NCBI GenBank assembly: GCA_963809045.1 | Contig: CAWEHW010000004.1 | Coordinates: 226,272 to 290,271, forward strand | DNA: 64,000 nucleotides | Reading direction: 5' to 3' | DNA from: an uncultured Chloroflexia bacterium | GTDB lineage: Bacteria; Chloroflexota; Limnocylindria; Limnocylindrales; CSP1-4 | Shown here: piece after piece, positions 1-10,191 of the stretch | How the letters are laid out: each line of letters starts with the position of its first letter | Position numbering within the stretch: the first letter of the stretch is position 1 | Position numbers and translations under genes: made by a program | Notes under the pieces: model-generated | The model's input: the letters and a program-made list of their open reading frames with translations, nothing else | Told to the model about the DNA's origin: nothing | Database searches by the model: none

Positions 1-293
1 TCATAGGCGAGCCGCCCGGCCTGGACGGAGGGATCGAGATCGCTCAGGCGACGAGCCTCGTCGAGACTGCACGAGAAGATGGAGAGGCCCCGAAACGACA
101 CGTCCGACTGCTCCCCGAGCGGGCCGTTCGCGACCAGCACGCCGTCGCGGCGCAGCCCCGCCCGGTAGGCGAGGTGCCGGGATTGCAGCGCGTCGAGCTC
201 CTCTTCCGGGAACTCCGGCGCGTTCGGTGGGCGGCGCAGGAGCACCAGCGTGTACACGTCGAACGCGTCGGGGATGTTCGGATCGCGCGGCAT
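1..293 (-). CDS. YciI-family protein (runs off the window; absent from ORF track)
   Basis: Manual translation MPRDPNIPDAFDVYTLVLLRRPP...LQSRHLAYRAGLRRDGVLVANGPL...DEARRLSDLDPSVQAGRLAY shows the YciI pattern (H-L-x-Y, GP, DP). TATCGT lies 6 nt before the ATG. Confidence 0.75.
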   Translation of the reverse strand, partial: MPRDPNIPDAFDVYTLVLLRRPPNAPEFPEEELDALQSRHLAYRAGLRRDGVLVANGPLGEQSDVSFRGLSIFSCSLDEARRLSDLDPSVQAGRLAY

Positions 294-735
294 CCCCGAA
301 CGATAAACGAGACCCACCACGCTGTACGTTGCTGATGGCCCGGGGCCCGCAAGCCACCGTCCGTTCCGCCCTGGTTGAGGGGTGTCAGACGATCACGCGC
401 GCCGGGCGTTCGTCGGGTGGCCAGACATCCGGCGCGGGACTCCAGGTCGAGCTCCGTGTCGCCTTCACCCGCGGCCGGAATGGTGGAAGTGGCGCGCCCG
501 ACAGGTGTCGGGCGCGCGCTAGCAACCTACGTCGTCCCGATCGAGGGCCGCGATGAGTGGCTGGCCGCGGCTCGGCGGCTCGCATGAGGAAACGCGCTCC
601 GGCTCGCGCCACGGACCGGCGGTGGCGACAGAAGAGACACGGAAAGGGCGACCCGCAGAGCCTTGGAAACCGCGGACTGAACACTGACGTCTAGGTCGAC
701 ATAATCTTGAAAGACCCGTCCGCCTGGAGGATTGC

Positions 736-1974
736 GTGCTGGCAATGGTTACGGCTTTCCGACCGGCGACTGCGCACCGATCCGGCCGACTGCCTCGCCG
801 GCCGTCACGCGGCCGGATCCTGGCGCTTGTCATCCTCGCTGCCGGGCTGAGCGCGGCCTCGATCGGTTCGTCCACCTTTGCCTATCTGAGGCTTCCGGGC
901 GTCACCGGTTCGAATAGCGTGGGTCGAGTCGAGGCGCTTCTGACGGACAACGGGCGGTCGGACCCGCAGTCGGCGACCAGGGACCACAGGCGCGTGCCCC
1001 TCACGGTTTGGTACCCCGCAGCGAGCGACGAGTCGCCGATCGTGCCGTACGTGCCGGAGCTGTCGACAATCGCGGCCGGTCTGGAGGCAAGCGGCGAACT
1101 CAGCGCGATCCAGGTGGCCGGTCTTGGGCTGGTGACCGCCAATGCCCACGCTGGTGCCGCCGTCGCGAGCCTGGACGCGACGTACCCCGTCGTCCTCCTT
1201 TCGCCTGGCAACGCGACGAACGTCGTCTTCTACAGCGCCCTCGCCGAAGACCTGGCCAGCCATGGCTACGTTGTGATCGGCGTTGATCACCCCTATCAGT
1301 CTGCGGCAGTGGACATCGGCACCGGCGTCGCCGTGTACGCAGGCGATGGACCGCCGGGCGCGGCTGTCGCGGCCAAGATCGAGGAACGGGTCGCCGATAT
1401 CCGCTTCGTGCTCGACCGGCTGGTTGCGGACACGGCTGGCCTGTCGCGTCTTCAGGGCCGCCTCGATCTTGCGCATGTGGCCGTGGTCGGCCACTCCAAT
1501 GGCGGTATCGCGGCCGTCGAAGCATGTCGGGTCGACTTTCGGCTGTCGGCATGTGTGAACATCGACGGGCAGGCGGCGGGAGGGCCGTTCTCGGCAGCGG
1601 CGCCTCCGACAGCCCCCCGGACGCCGTTCCTGTTCCTGACGAAGGAGACCACCCTCCATCCGGCCCTTGAAGCCGTATTTGAGGCCGCCCCGCGCGACGC
1701 ATATCGGGTCGTGGTGCCAGCCGCTGCCCATGGCGACTTCGCCGACGGAGCTCGATTCGAGCCGCGAGCCCTGCCGGTCGACGGCACGGCCGACGCGGTA
1801 CTGACGATCGAACGCGGCTTCACTCTTGCGTTCCTCGACCACGAGCTTCGCGGTGCCCCCGAGTCGCGATTTGCATCTGTTGCTGCATCGACGAACGTGA
1901 GCGTCATGGTCTATCCGCTTGGCGACCCAGATCGGATTCGCGGGCCGCTCCCCTCGTCGTCTCCGAGCAGCTGA
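736..1974 (+). CDS. Membrane-anchored or secreted alpha/beta hydrolase (PAF-AH/chlorophyllase-like)
   Basis: N-terminal hydrophobic segment, VWYPA, LASHGYVVIGVDHP, GHSNGG nucleophile elbow, AHGDF. Confidence 0.8.
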   Translation: MLAMVTAFRPATAHRSGRLPRRPSRGRILALVILAAGLSAASIGSSTFAYLRLPGVTGSNSVGRVEALLTDNGRSDPQSATRDHRRVPLTVWYPAASDESPIVPYVPELSTIAAGLEASGELSAIQVAGLGLVTANAHAGAAVASLDATYPVVLLSPGNATNVVFYSALAEDLASHGYVVIGVDHPYQSAAVDIGTGVAVYAGDGPPGAAVAAKIEERVADIRFVLDRLVADTAGLSRLQGRLDLAHVAVVGHSNGGIAAVEACRVDFRLSACVNIDGQAAGGPFSAAAPPTAPRTPFLFLTKETTLHPALEAVFEAAPRDAYRVVVPAAAHGDFADGARFEPRALPVDGTADAVLTIERGFTLAFLDHELRGAPESRFASVAASTNVSVMVYPLGDPDRIRGPLPSSSPSS

Positions 1975-2191
1975 TCGATTCGCGCCCGAACCCTGGCTGA
2001 AACAGCCACGGGCTCCTACGCGGCCTGGAACCAGGGCGACGTCGCGCATCCCAACACGAAGATCCCCACGATCGCGGCCGCGGTCGCCTCGCCCGGGCCG
2101 GGTCTTCGACCTCGAATCGTACGCGTCGTGCCGCGCGCCACAACACCGATTGCTATTGCGCGCATGCCGCCTGCGGCCGAGGATGGGCTGC

Positions 2192-5023
2192 GTGGCGACC
2201 TCGACGGGCACGGCCTGCGAATTCCGGGTGCTCGGGCCAGTGGACGCCGTGCGCGCCGGGCAGCCGGTCCGGCTGGGTGGCCGACAACAACGATGGCTCC
2301 TCGCCCTGCTCCTTGTCGAGCCAGGGCGAGCGATCTCGAGCGATCGGCTGATCGACGAGCTCTGGCAAGGCGAGCCCCCACGGGGCGCAGGAGGCACGCT
2401 CCGCGTCTACGTCTCTCGGCTGCGCTCGGCGCTCGGTGAGAACACGCTCATGGCGCGGCCTCCCGGCTACGTGCTCGACATCGAGGCTGAGCTGGTCGAC
2501 GCGTGGCGGTTCGAACGGCTCTACCGCGAAGGGCGCGATGCATTCGCTCGTGGCGCTGCCGGGTTCGCGGCGGATCGCCTGGGAGCTGCACTCGCGCTGT
2601 GGCACGGCCCGGCGTTCGCGGACGTTCGTGACAGCGGCGTCGTCGCGGACGAGGCTCGTCGGCTGGACGAGCTTCGCCTCGTCGCCCTCGAGGAGAGAAT
2701 CGATGCGGAGCTGTCGCTCGGCCGTCAAGCGTCGCTCGTCGCCGAGTTGGAGCGACTCGTCGCAGAGCATCCGCACCGCGAGCGCCTCTGGCGCCAGCTC
2801 GTGCTCGCGCTCTACCACTCCCAGCGTCAGGTCGAGGCGCTCGCAGCATACCGCCGCGCACGCACGCTCCTGTCTGAGGAGTTCGGTCTCGACCCGAGCG
2901 AGGGACTGCAAGCTCTCGAACTCGCCGTACTCCGCCAGGAGCTCGTGCCCGCGGCCTCGGCCGTGGAGCGTCACAATCTTCCGGCGCCACTTACGAGTTT
3001 CGTCGGCCGCGAGCACGAGCTCGACGACATTGCGGAGCTCCTGCGCACTCAACGCCTCGTCACGCTGACCGGTCTGGGTGGGGCGGGCAAGACCCGACTC
3101 GCCCTCGAAGCGGCCACCCGGCAAATCGGTGCGTGGACCGGTGGCGTCTGGCTCGTGGACCTTACGGCGCACGCAGACCCGCGCACGACAGCGAGCGCAG
3201 TCGCCGGTGTGCTCGGCGTCCGCGAACGACCGGACGTGTCCTCTCTCAACGGCCTCGTCGAGCACCTCCGGAACGAAGAGCTTTTGATCCTTCTCGACAA
3301 CTGCGAGCACCTTGCGAGCGCGTGTGGCGAGCTGGTGCACGAAATTCTCCGCGCCTCCCCATCCGTTCGCGTGCTGGCAACGAGCCGGATCCCACTCGGC
3401 GCGCCGGGCGAGGTCGACTACGCGGTCGATCCCCTGCCGACGCCGACCGATGATCTTTCCGCCGACGAGGTAGCCCGGTTCGCGTCGGTCCGCCTTTTTC
3501 TCGAGCGCGGGCGCGCCGTACGGCGCGATCTCGCTGCGATGGCGACCGACATGACGACCGTGGCCCGGATCTGCCGTGAGCTCGACGGCCTGCCTCTCGC
3601 GATCGAGCTGGCCGCCGCGCGGGCCAAGGCGCTCTCTGTCGATGACATCGCCGGCCGTCTCGACGACCGCTTCCGCTTTCTGCGCTCGTGGCGCAGGTTG
3701 GCCGCTCCACGACACCAGACGCTCCGGGCGACGATCGACTGGAGCTACGAGCTGCTCGAGGCGAACGAGCGTGAGCTGCTGGCAGCTCTTTCCGTCTTCG
3801 CGGGGGGATTCACTCTCAACTCTGTCGCCGCGATCTGCGCAGACGGCGACCTTGCGCGCGCCGAAGAGCTCGTCAGCAGGCTCGTCGAATCGTCGCTCGT
3901 CGTCGCGGGGACGCGGAACGGCGCAACGCGGTACCGACTCCTGGAGACGATCCGCGAGTACGCGGCGGAGCGACTCGACTCGCCAAGCGAACGCGACGAG
4001 CTCCACCGCTCACACGCCGAGCACTTCCTCGAGGTCGTGCAGAACGCACCCATCGAGGACCCCGCAGGCAAGGTCGAAGCGCTCGCGATCCGCGATCAGG
4101 AGCGCGACAACGTCCACGCGGCGATGCGCTGGACACTCGCGACCGGCAGTGACCTGGCGGTGCCGCTGGGCGCCGCCCTCTGGCGGTACTGGGTGATCCG
4201 CGGCTACCGCCGGCAGGGCCTCGATTGGCTCGAGCAGGCGCTGACCGTCCCGACGAGCGCGCCGTCGTCGCCTCGTGCCGACGCGCTGGCTGGGGCGGCC
4301 CTCTTGTCCCGGCTGCTCGGTGATTTCGCACGCGCAGGGCGTTTCGCCCAGGAGGGCGTCGCGCTCGGCCGTATGGTCGGGCCGCCCATTGCTCTGACAG
4401 CGTCGCTAAACGTTCTGACGACGCTCGCGGCGCGTGCCGGCGACTTCGACCGCGCCCGGGGATACTGCGACCAGTCTGTGGCCGTTGCACACGCTGCGGG
4501 CGATGCGCGGCTGGAAGCTATCGCTCTCTTCATTCTCGCCGAGGGCTTCCTCCACGGCGGACGGTATGCAGACGCCCGTGATGTAGGCGGTCGCGCGCAG
4601 GGCCTCGCCCGAACCGTAGGCGACACGGAAGTCATCGCGGTCATCCTGGCACGTCTTGGAATCACCGCCGCGCACGAGCGCAGGCTGGACGAGGCCTCGG
4701 ACCACCTCGTGGAGGCGGTGGAGCTCGCCCGGGCCCTCGGCTTCCCGGAGACTGCCGCCTGGTGCTGCGAAGGGCTCGCTCTCGTGGCCGCCGAGCTGGG
4801 CGACGTCGTTCGCGCGGCCCGCCTGCTTGGAGCGGGCGAGTCGCTTCGGCGCGCCGGTGGGGGCGTCGTCCAGCCTGCGGAGGCAGCTGCTCGCGAGGCG
4901 GCCTTGACGGCGATCAACCTGGCGCTACCCGCGGAGCAGGTGCATGCGGCGCTCGAGGCCGGCCGCGGTCTCAGCCTCGATGACGCGGTGACCGAGGCGA
5001 TCGGAGCCCCGCGCGCGATGTAA
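2192..5023 (+). CDS. AfsR/SARP-type regulator (wHTH + BTAD + NB-ARC ATPase + TPR)
   Basis: FRVLGPV wHTH start, BTAD (PHRERLWRQLVLALY), NLPAPLTSFVGRE, Walker A GLGGAGKT, LDNCEHL, LDGLPLAIELAAA. Start placed at GTG 2192 (ATG 2183 is an alternative). Confidence 0.9.
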   Translation: MATSTGTACEFRVLGPVDAVRAGQPVRLGGRQQRWLLALLLVEPGRAISSDRLIDELWQGEPPRGAGGTLRVYVSRLRSALGENTLMARPPGYVLDIEAELVDAWRFERLYREGRDAFARGAAGFAADRLGAALALWHGPAFADVRDSGVVADEARRLDELRLVALEERIDAELSLGRQASLVAELERLVAEHPHRERLWRQLVLALYHSQRQVEALAAYRRARTLLSEEFGLDPSEGLQALELAVLRQELVPAASAVERHNLPAPLTSFVGREHELDDIAELLRTQRLVTLTGLGGAGKTRLALEAATRQIGAWTGGVWLVDLTAHADPRTTASAVAGVLGVRERPDVSSLNGLVEHLRNEELLILLDNCEHLASACGELVHEILRASPSVRVLATSRIPLGAPGEVDYAVDPLPTPTDDLSADEVARFASVRLFLERGRAVRRDLAAMATDMTTVARICRELDGLPLAIELAAARAKALSVDDIAGRLDDRFRFLRSWRRLAAPRHQTLRATIDWSYELLEANERELLAALSVFAGGFTLNSVAAICADGDLARAEELVSRLVESSLVVAGTRNGATRYRLLETIREYAAERLDSPSERDELHRSHAEHFLEVVQNAPIEDPAGKVEALAIRDQERDNVHAAMRWTLATGSDLAVPLGAALWRYWVIRGYRRQGLDWLEQALTVPTSAPSSPRADALAGAALLSRLLGDFARAGRFAQEGVALGRMVGPPIALTASLNVLTTLAARAGDFDRARGYCDQSVAVAHAAGDARLEAIALFILAEGFLHGGRYADARDVGGRAQGLARTVGDTEVIAVILARLGITAAHERRLDEASDHLVEAVELARALGFPETAAWCCEGLALVAAELGDVVRAARLLGAGESLRRAGGGVVQPAEAAAREAALTAINLALPAEQVHAALEAGRGLSLDDAVTEAIGAPRAM

Positions 5024-5051
5024 CCGCTTTGCAACGCGCGTGTCTCATCGT
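5019..5051 (+). promoter_or_regulatory. Putative SARP-binding heptamer direct repeat and -10 element
   Basis: TGTAACC (5019) and TGCAACG (5030) are 11 bp apart, followed by CATCGT (5046) and GTG 5060. Confidence 0.5.
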
Positions 5052-5059
5052 CTCACTTC

Positions 5060-5473
5060 GTGGAGCCGATTCGTCGCGAAGCAAGATCTGCTTTGGCCGC
5101 CGCTCTTGAGCGCGGCGATAAAGCTGCGGCGGGCGCCTGCTACGCCGACGATGCGCAGCTCCTGACACCGACCGCAGGATTGATCCAGGGCCGAAAGGCG
5201 ATCGAGGAGTACTGGGGCACGGGCATCGCCCTGGGCCTGTCCTCGGTGAGCTTCGAGGCGCGGCGCGTCGAGCGGTTGGGCGCACGGCGGGTCGAGATCG
5301 GGCGCTATCGCGTCACGGTCGAGACCGAGCCCAGGGACGCGAGGTTCGAGCGCGGCACGTACCTCGTGCTCCACCGACAAGCCGTCGACGGCACGTGGCA
5401 ACGGGCTGTCGACGTCCTCGAGCCCGACGAGTCACACGGCTCGTCACCACAGCCACAAGGAGTAGGGAAATGA
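5060..5473 (+). CDS. SnoaL/NTF2-like (DUF4440/YybH) protein
   Basis: ALERGDKAAAGACYADDA, IQGRKAIEEYW, GTYLVLHRQAVDGTWQ. Confidence 0.8.
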   Translation: MEPIRREARSALAAALERGDKAAAGACYADDAQLLTPTAGLIQGRKAIEEYWGTGIALGLSSVSFEARRVERLGARRVEIGRYRVTVETEPRDARFERGTYLVLHRQAVDGTWQRAVDVLEPDESHGSSPQPQGVGK

Positions 5474-5976
5474 AGACTGCAAAGGTTCTCGCGCTCACCC
5501 TCTTGGGTCTGCTGACGCTCACTGGACCCGCAATGGCCGGACAAGCTACGGAGGCAGGGCCGGTCCCCTTCAAGGGGACATTGGAGGGCCGCCACATCAG
5601 CAGGACACCCCTCGCCCCGCCCTTCGCGTTCGACCGGTTCCAAACCGAAGGACAGGCGACTCAGCTCGGACGGTTCGAGCTGGTGATCGAGGCCACCGTG
5701 AACTTCGGGTCCCGGCCCGTGACGGGAGCCGGGACGTATACGTTCACCGCCGCGAACGGTGACCGACTCGTGGCCGACCAGACCGGGACCTCGGCGCTAC
5801 TCCGACCTGGCGTCGTGTTGATCACGGAACTTGCCATCATCGACCCGGACCGTTCGACGGGCCGATTCGCCGGGGCAGAAGGGACGTTCACCGTTGAACG
5901 CCTCGCAGACGCCGCCACCGGCGTGGGCGGCATGACCGTCGGTACGTTTGAGGGGACGATCTCCCGTCCGGGCTAG
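5470..5976 (+). CDS. Secreted beta-rich hypothetical protein
   Basis: Signal peptide MKTAKVLALTLLGLLTLTGPAMA; FTAANGDRL, STGRFAGAEG; ATGA overlap with the upstream gene. Confidence 0.7.
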   Translation: MKTAKVLALTLLGLLTLTGPAMAGQATEAGPVPFKGTLEGRHISRTPLAPPFAFDRFQTEGQATQLGRFELVIEATVNFGSRPVTGAGTYTFTAANGDRLVADQTGTSALLRPGVVLITELAIIDPDRSTGRFAGAEGTFTVERLADAATGVGGMTVGTFEGTISRPG

Positions 5977-6096
5977 CAAACGCTGAAAGCATCCACGAGC
6001 GCATGTCGGTCGCGAGCCCCGCGATCGTGGGTGTCCGGCTGACTGCGGCGGCCTTCGCGCACGGATTGGCGCCGGCGCTGCCCGAAAAGGTTGTAA

Positions 6097-6173
6097 TGGC
6101 GCGCCCGACAGGATTTCGAACCTGCGACCTTCGGCTCCGGAGGCCGACGCTCTATCCACTGAGCTACAGGCGC
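6097..6173 (-). tRNA. tRNA-Arg(CCG), with an 8-nt T-loop
   Basis: GCGCCTGTAGCTCAGTGGATAGAGCGTCGGCCTCCGGAGCCGAAGGTCGCAGGTTCGAAATCCTGTCGGGCGCGCCA folds as a cloverleaf with encoded CCA. Confidence 0.93.
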
Positions 6174-6380
6174 GCGGCACTCGATGATACCCGCCGAGCG
6201 CGGCTAGACCTTCGGCTTCTGGTTTGAAGGTCTAGGTGACCACCCCGTCTCGCACGGATCGAGGGCCACAACGCATTTGGAGCGTCAAACTCCGGACGCT
6301 GTCTCTCCCGTAAGAATGGACCCGATGGATGGCCATGCCCGACCCGGATCGGCCGGGCTTCCACCGCGACCGACTCCGCG

Positions 6381-9251
6381 TCAAGACACCCGACCGTCGA
6401 CTGGCGGGGTGATGCGGTGCGCGATCGCCGCCGCGTCACGGCGGCTCGGGGCGTCGAGCTTTCGCAAGATGTTCGAGACATGCACGCTTGCGGTCTTCAC
6501 GCTGATCACGAGCGTGTCGGCGATCTCCCGGTTCGTATAACCTCGGCCGACGAGCGTCAGGACCTCCGCCTCTCGCGCCGTCAGCCCCAGCTGCTGCGTG
6601 GCCTGGCGCTCCGACAGCGATGGTGTATCACGCGGTCGCAGGTCGAGCCGGGCGCGTTCCGCGAGCAGCGTTAGCTCATGCAGGAGGGGTCGAGCTTGAA
6701 GCTTCTCGGCGACGGCAGTCGCCGCCCGCAACGGTACGCTCGCATTGATCCGTGAGGCGCCTGCGGCGACGAGCGCTTCCCCCTGACGCAAGCGGCAATA
6801 GGCCGCCAACGCCGGGCGTTCGCGCTCGTCCCACATCGCCGCTACGGTCGACCAGGCCTCCGCCCGAGATGATGCCTGCGCCCGCTCGTGCTCGGCCTCG
6901 GCCAACGCCAACCAGGCAGCAGCGTTCGGCGTGATGTCCGCCGCATCTCTGGCGGCGCGCCGAGCCGCCAGGATCCACACCTGGGCTTGGGCGATCGCAC
7001 GATCAAGCTCATCCCGGTCCCGTCGGGCGCGGGCGAGCGCTGCGAGCTCGGCACAAGCGCGCAGCCCGAGAGCGCAGAGTTGGACGCGGATGAACGCTGC
7101 CTCGCGAGAGCGCGCCCGCGACAGACCATCGCGGACGGCTCTGTCGGCATCCAGCCAACGGTGTTCCCACAGGGCGAGCTCCGTCGCCACGAGATCGAAG
7201 GACTCGCCACCGTGGGCGATCCTCTTCGCCATCCGAGGCCGAGCTGCAGCGAGATGTACATGCGCGTCGTCGAACTGGCCACGGCCGACTTCGAGCTCCG
7301 CGCGGTGGACGAGCCGCAGGTGTGGCCAGTTCATCGTGGCGGCTCGGACCGCCGCCCCGCTCACGCTCTCGGCTTGATCCCACTCGCCTAGCGCTACGAG
7401 CGCGTCGATGTAGTTCGTGACCAAACCTGTGTCGTCGATCCCGAAGGGAGCGAGACGTTCGAGCGCCTCCGCGGCCACTTGGGCCGCTTCACGGGTCCGG
7501 CCGAGCATCGTCAGGACATCGGTGAGCCATACGTTCACACGCTGCAGATCTGTAGGGCCACCATGGTCCTCGGCGATCCGCAGAGCAGACCTCAGATTGG
7601 TAACGCCCTCCTCGCCGCGTCCGAGATAGGCCAGGTCGAGGCCGAGCATCGCGCGGGCGACGAGCTCGGCGCGTCGTGCATCAACGTCGCGCGCGAGCGC
7701 CAGGGCGCGTTCCGCGACCGCCAGGGACTCCTCGTGGCGCCACATGAGCATCAACCGGTTGGCAAGCGAGGCGAGCAGATCCGCGCGCTGCGCCGATGGT
7801 GGGTCAGTTGGCATCATCTCGACCGCGCGCCGCGTAGCCGCGAGACCAGCCTCGCCTTCGCCCGCTGCGGCCAGGTACGCACCAAGGCGATCGTGCGCAC
7901 GGGACGCACGGACTGGGTCGACCGTACCGATCAGGTCGACTGCCTGCCGACCAAGTCCAACAGCACGTAGCGCGGCGCCAGTCGTGCTCGCGAGCCCCGC
8001 CGCCCACGAGGTGAGCTCGGCCAGATCGAATCCAGCACGGGCCGCCGCACCCGGCACGGCATCCCACAGTGACAGCGCCCGCTCGAGATGGGCGAGCGCC
8101 TCGGCGAGACCAAACGCAGCCTCGGCCTCGCTCGCGGCCTCGATTGACGCCGTGAACGCTTCGGTGGCGCGGCCTGCAGCAGCCCAATGGGCCGCGAGCG
8201 CTGTGGCCGGTGCCCCGGCGCGTGCGAGTTGATCGGCAATTCGAGCGTGATACTCCTCTGCCTCGCCGGGCAAGATCGTCGCGTGGACCGCTTCGGCTAG
8301 CAATGCATGGCGGAAGCGGAAGGTGCCCGTCGCCTGGTCAGCCAGGAGCACGCCATGATCGACCGCTGCGCGGAGCGACTCTCGGATGTTGCCTTCTGGC
8401 AGGCCGGCGACGGCCCGGAGGAGCGCGTAATCGACTTCGCGACCAGCCGAGGCCGCCACACGCAGAACGCTCAGCGCCGCTCGATCGAGACGCGCGATGC
8501 GCTGAAGCAGCAGGTCGCGCAAGCTGCGCGGGAGCGTGGCGCCGTCGGGCCCAGCGGCGTCGAAGAGTTCCTCCGCGAAGAACGGGTTGCCCTCAGAGCG
8601 GGCGAAGATCGTGTCCGTCAGGGCCGCTGGCACCGCTCCATCACCACGGGCGTTGAGCATCGTTGCCAGCTCGTCACGGCTGAGTGGCTCCAGGTCGAGC
8701 ACGACCGCTGATGCGGAGTGACGAACGTTCTCCCTGAGCCGCCCCATCCGCTCATCCAACCCCTGATTCTCGGCTCGGTACGTGACGACGAACAGAATCC
8801 GGCTCGTCTCGAGGTTTTGGGCGAGGAAGACGACCAGGTCAAGCGTCAAATCATCGGCCCAGTGGAGATCTTCGAGCACCACCACCTGGGGCCGTTCATC
8901 CGAGCGCTTTGTCAGGAGTGCGAGCACCTGCTCGAACACCCGCCGCTGTGAGACTTCGGGACTTTCGGCCATCCACGGCAGCACCTGGACATGCGGCCTG
9001 AGCGCATCGGTAAACGGCTGGAACGGTAGCTCGGTACCGACGAGATCGACGCAGCGGCCGAGCATCACGTTGAGCCCGTCCTCGCGGAGATGCGCTACGA
9101 ACTCGCTCACGAGCCGTGTTTTGCCGATCCCGGCCTCACCGGCGATCAGGGCGATCGACCCGACCCCGCCGCGCGCCCGCTCGAGCGCCTGCCCGAGCAG
9201 ATCGAGCTCGCGAAGGCGTCCGATGAATGCGCCCTTGTCCCGAACGTTCAT
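6381..9251 (-). CDS. Large LuxR-family regulator (AAA/STAND ATPase + TPR + LuxR HTH)
   Basis: FIGRLREL, GEAGIGKTRL, LEDLHWAD, EGNPFFAEEL, C-terminal LTAREAEVLTLVGRGYTNREIA...VHVSNILRKL. Confidence 0.9.
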   Translation of the reverse strand: MNVRDKGAFIGRLRELDLLGQALERARGGVGSIALIAGEAGIGKTRLVSEFVAHLREDGLNVMLGRCVDLVGTELPFQPFTDALRPHVQVLPWMAESPEVSQRRVFEQVLALLTKRSDERPQVVVLEDLHWADDLTLDLVVFLAQNLETSRILFVVTYRAENQGLDERMGRLRENVRHSASAVVLDLEPLSRDELATMLNARGDGAVPAALTDTIFARSEGNPFFAEELFDAAGPDGATLPRSLRDLLLQRIARLDRAALSVLRVAASAGREVDYALLRAVAGLPEGNIRESLRAAVDHGVLLADQATGTFRFRHALLAEAVHATILPGEAEEYHARIADQLARAGAPATALAAHWAAAGRATEAFTASIEAASEAEAAFGLAEALAHLERALSLWDAVPGAAARAGFDLAELTSWAAGLASTTGAALRAVGLGRQAVDLIGTVDPVRASRAHDRLGAYLAAAGEGEAGLAATRRAVEMMPTDPPSAQRADLLASLANRLMLMWRHEESLAVAERALALARDVDARRAELVARAMLGLDLAYLGRGEEGVTNLRSALRIAEDHGGPTDLQRVNVWLTDVLTMLGRTREAAQVAAEALERLAPFGIDDTGLVTNYIDALVALGEWDQAESVSGAAVRAATMNWPHLRLVHRAELEVGRGQFDDAHVHLAAARPRMAKRIAHGGESFDLVATELALWEHRWLDADRAVRDGLSRARSREAAFIRVQLCALGLRACAELAALARARRDRDELDRAIAQAQVWILAARRAARDAADITPNAAAWLALAEAEHERAQASSRAEAWSTVAAMWDERERPALAAYCRLRQGEALVAAGASRINASVPLRAATAVAEKLQARPLLHELTLLAERARLDLRPRDTPSLSERQATQQLGLTAREAEVLTLVGRGYTNREIADTLVISVKTASVHVSNILRKLDAPSRRDAAAIAHRITPPVDGRVS

Positions 9252-9392
9252 CGCCTCAGTATCCCGCCGCCCCAACCGAAATAGGGCGGTCATACGCCAA
9301 AGATAAGGCGCCATGCCTGATGCGCCGGCACCCCTCCTCGGCCACGATCCGGTGATGCAACCGATCAAACAGAACTGCCGGAGGCAAAGCGC

Positions 9393-10178
9393 ATGAGAGG
9401 ATTTCGAATCGCGAACCTTGGGCCGCGTGACCGACCGTACCCGGTGGCGGTCGTGGTAGCGATGACGCTGCTCTCGATTGCCTTGATCGTCGGCTGGAGC
9501 CCGGTTCTGGCGGCTTCCGGCTCGGCTAACAGCGGTGCAACGATCACCGGATCGTTCAATGACGACTGCCGTGACTTCACGGCGACGTCGAGCAAAGACA
9601 TGTCGCACGTCGAGATCCACTTCTCCGACGCTCGTGTGGTCAAGGATGAAACGGTCGGCAGTCGTGACTACGAAATCGACGGCGCCGCTGGCGATGAGAT
9701 CCACGTCGCTATCGTCAAGGCGGGAACGACGCGTCAATCCTTCACGTGCCAAGCGGTGAACGACCCGCCGACAGCGGTTCTCGAGATCAGGACGCCCCGG
9801 CTGGTGGACTGCCAGCTCAACGACGAGGCCTTTCCGTTATGCCTTGGATCGGCCGAGCGGACCGAATGGTCACGGCCCACCGGCGGCATCGTCGGGTTCG
9901 CCTTCGAGGCCCCGTTTCCGGCGTTTACGTTCACCTTCCGGGGCACTAGCAGCAGCGACCCGGACAACGACATCGTCAGCTGGTCGATCGACTTCGCTGA
10001 TAGCACGTCGACGATCGGCAACTGGCTTGCTCAGCCTCCGAGTGAGATCACTCACGTCTACGCCGGATTTGATGTGCTCAGCGAATTACCTGCCGTGACC
10101 TTGACTGTTATGGACGCAGCTGGCCAGAGCGACATGGACACGATCACCTTGGCGGTCGTCGACATTACGCCCGACTGA
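9393..10178 (+). CDS. Secreted protein with a PKD-like Ig domain
   Basis: Signal peptide; FRGTSSSDPDNDIVSWSIDFAD...THVY...VTLTVMDAAG PKD pattern. Confidence 0.7.
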   Translation: MRGFRIANLGPRDRPYPVAVVVAMTLLSIALIVGWSPVLAASGSANSGATITGSFNDDCRDFTATSSKDMSHVEIHFSDARVVKDETVGSRDYEIDGAAGDEIHVAIVKAGTTRQSFTCQAVNDPPTAVLEIRTPRLVDCQLNDEAFPLCLGSAERTEWSRPTGGIVGFAFEAPFPAFTFTFRGTSSSDPDNDIVSWSIDFADSTSTIGNWLAQPPSEITHVYAGFDVLSELPAVTLTVMDAAGQSDMDTITLAVVDITPD

Positions 10179-10191
10179 GAGGAGAGCGGAG

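Noticed and set aside
1980-2110. Possible gene remnant (YAAWNQGD-like peptide)
   Set aside because: Too short and ambiguous to assign a frame or family.
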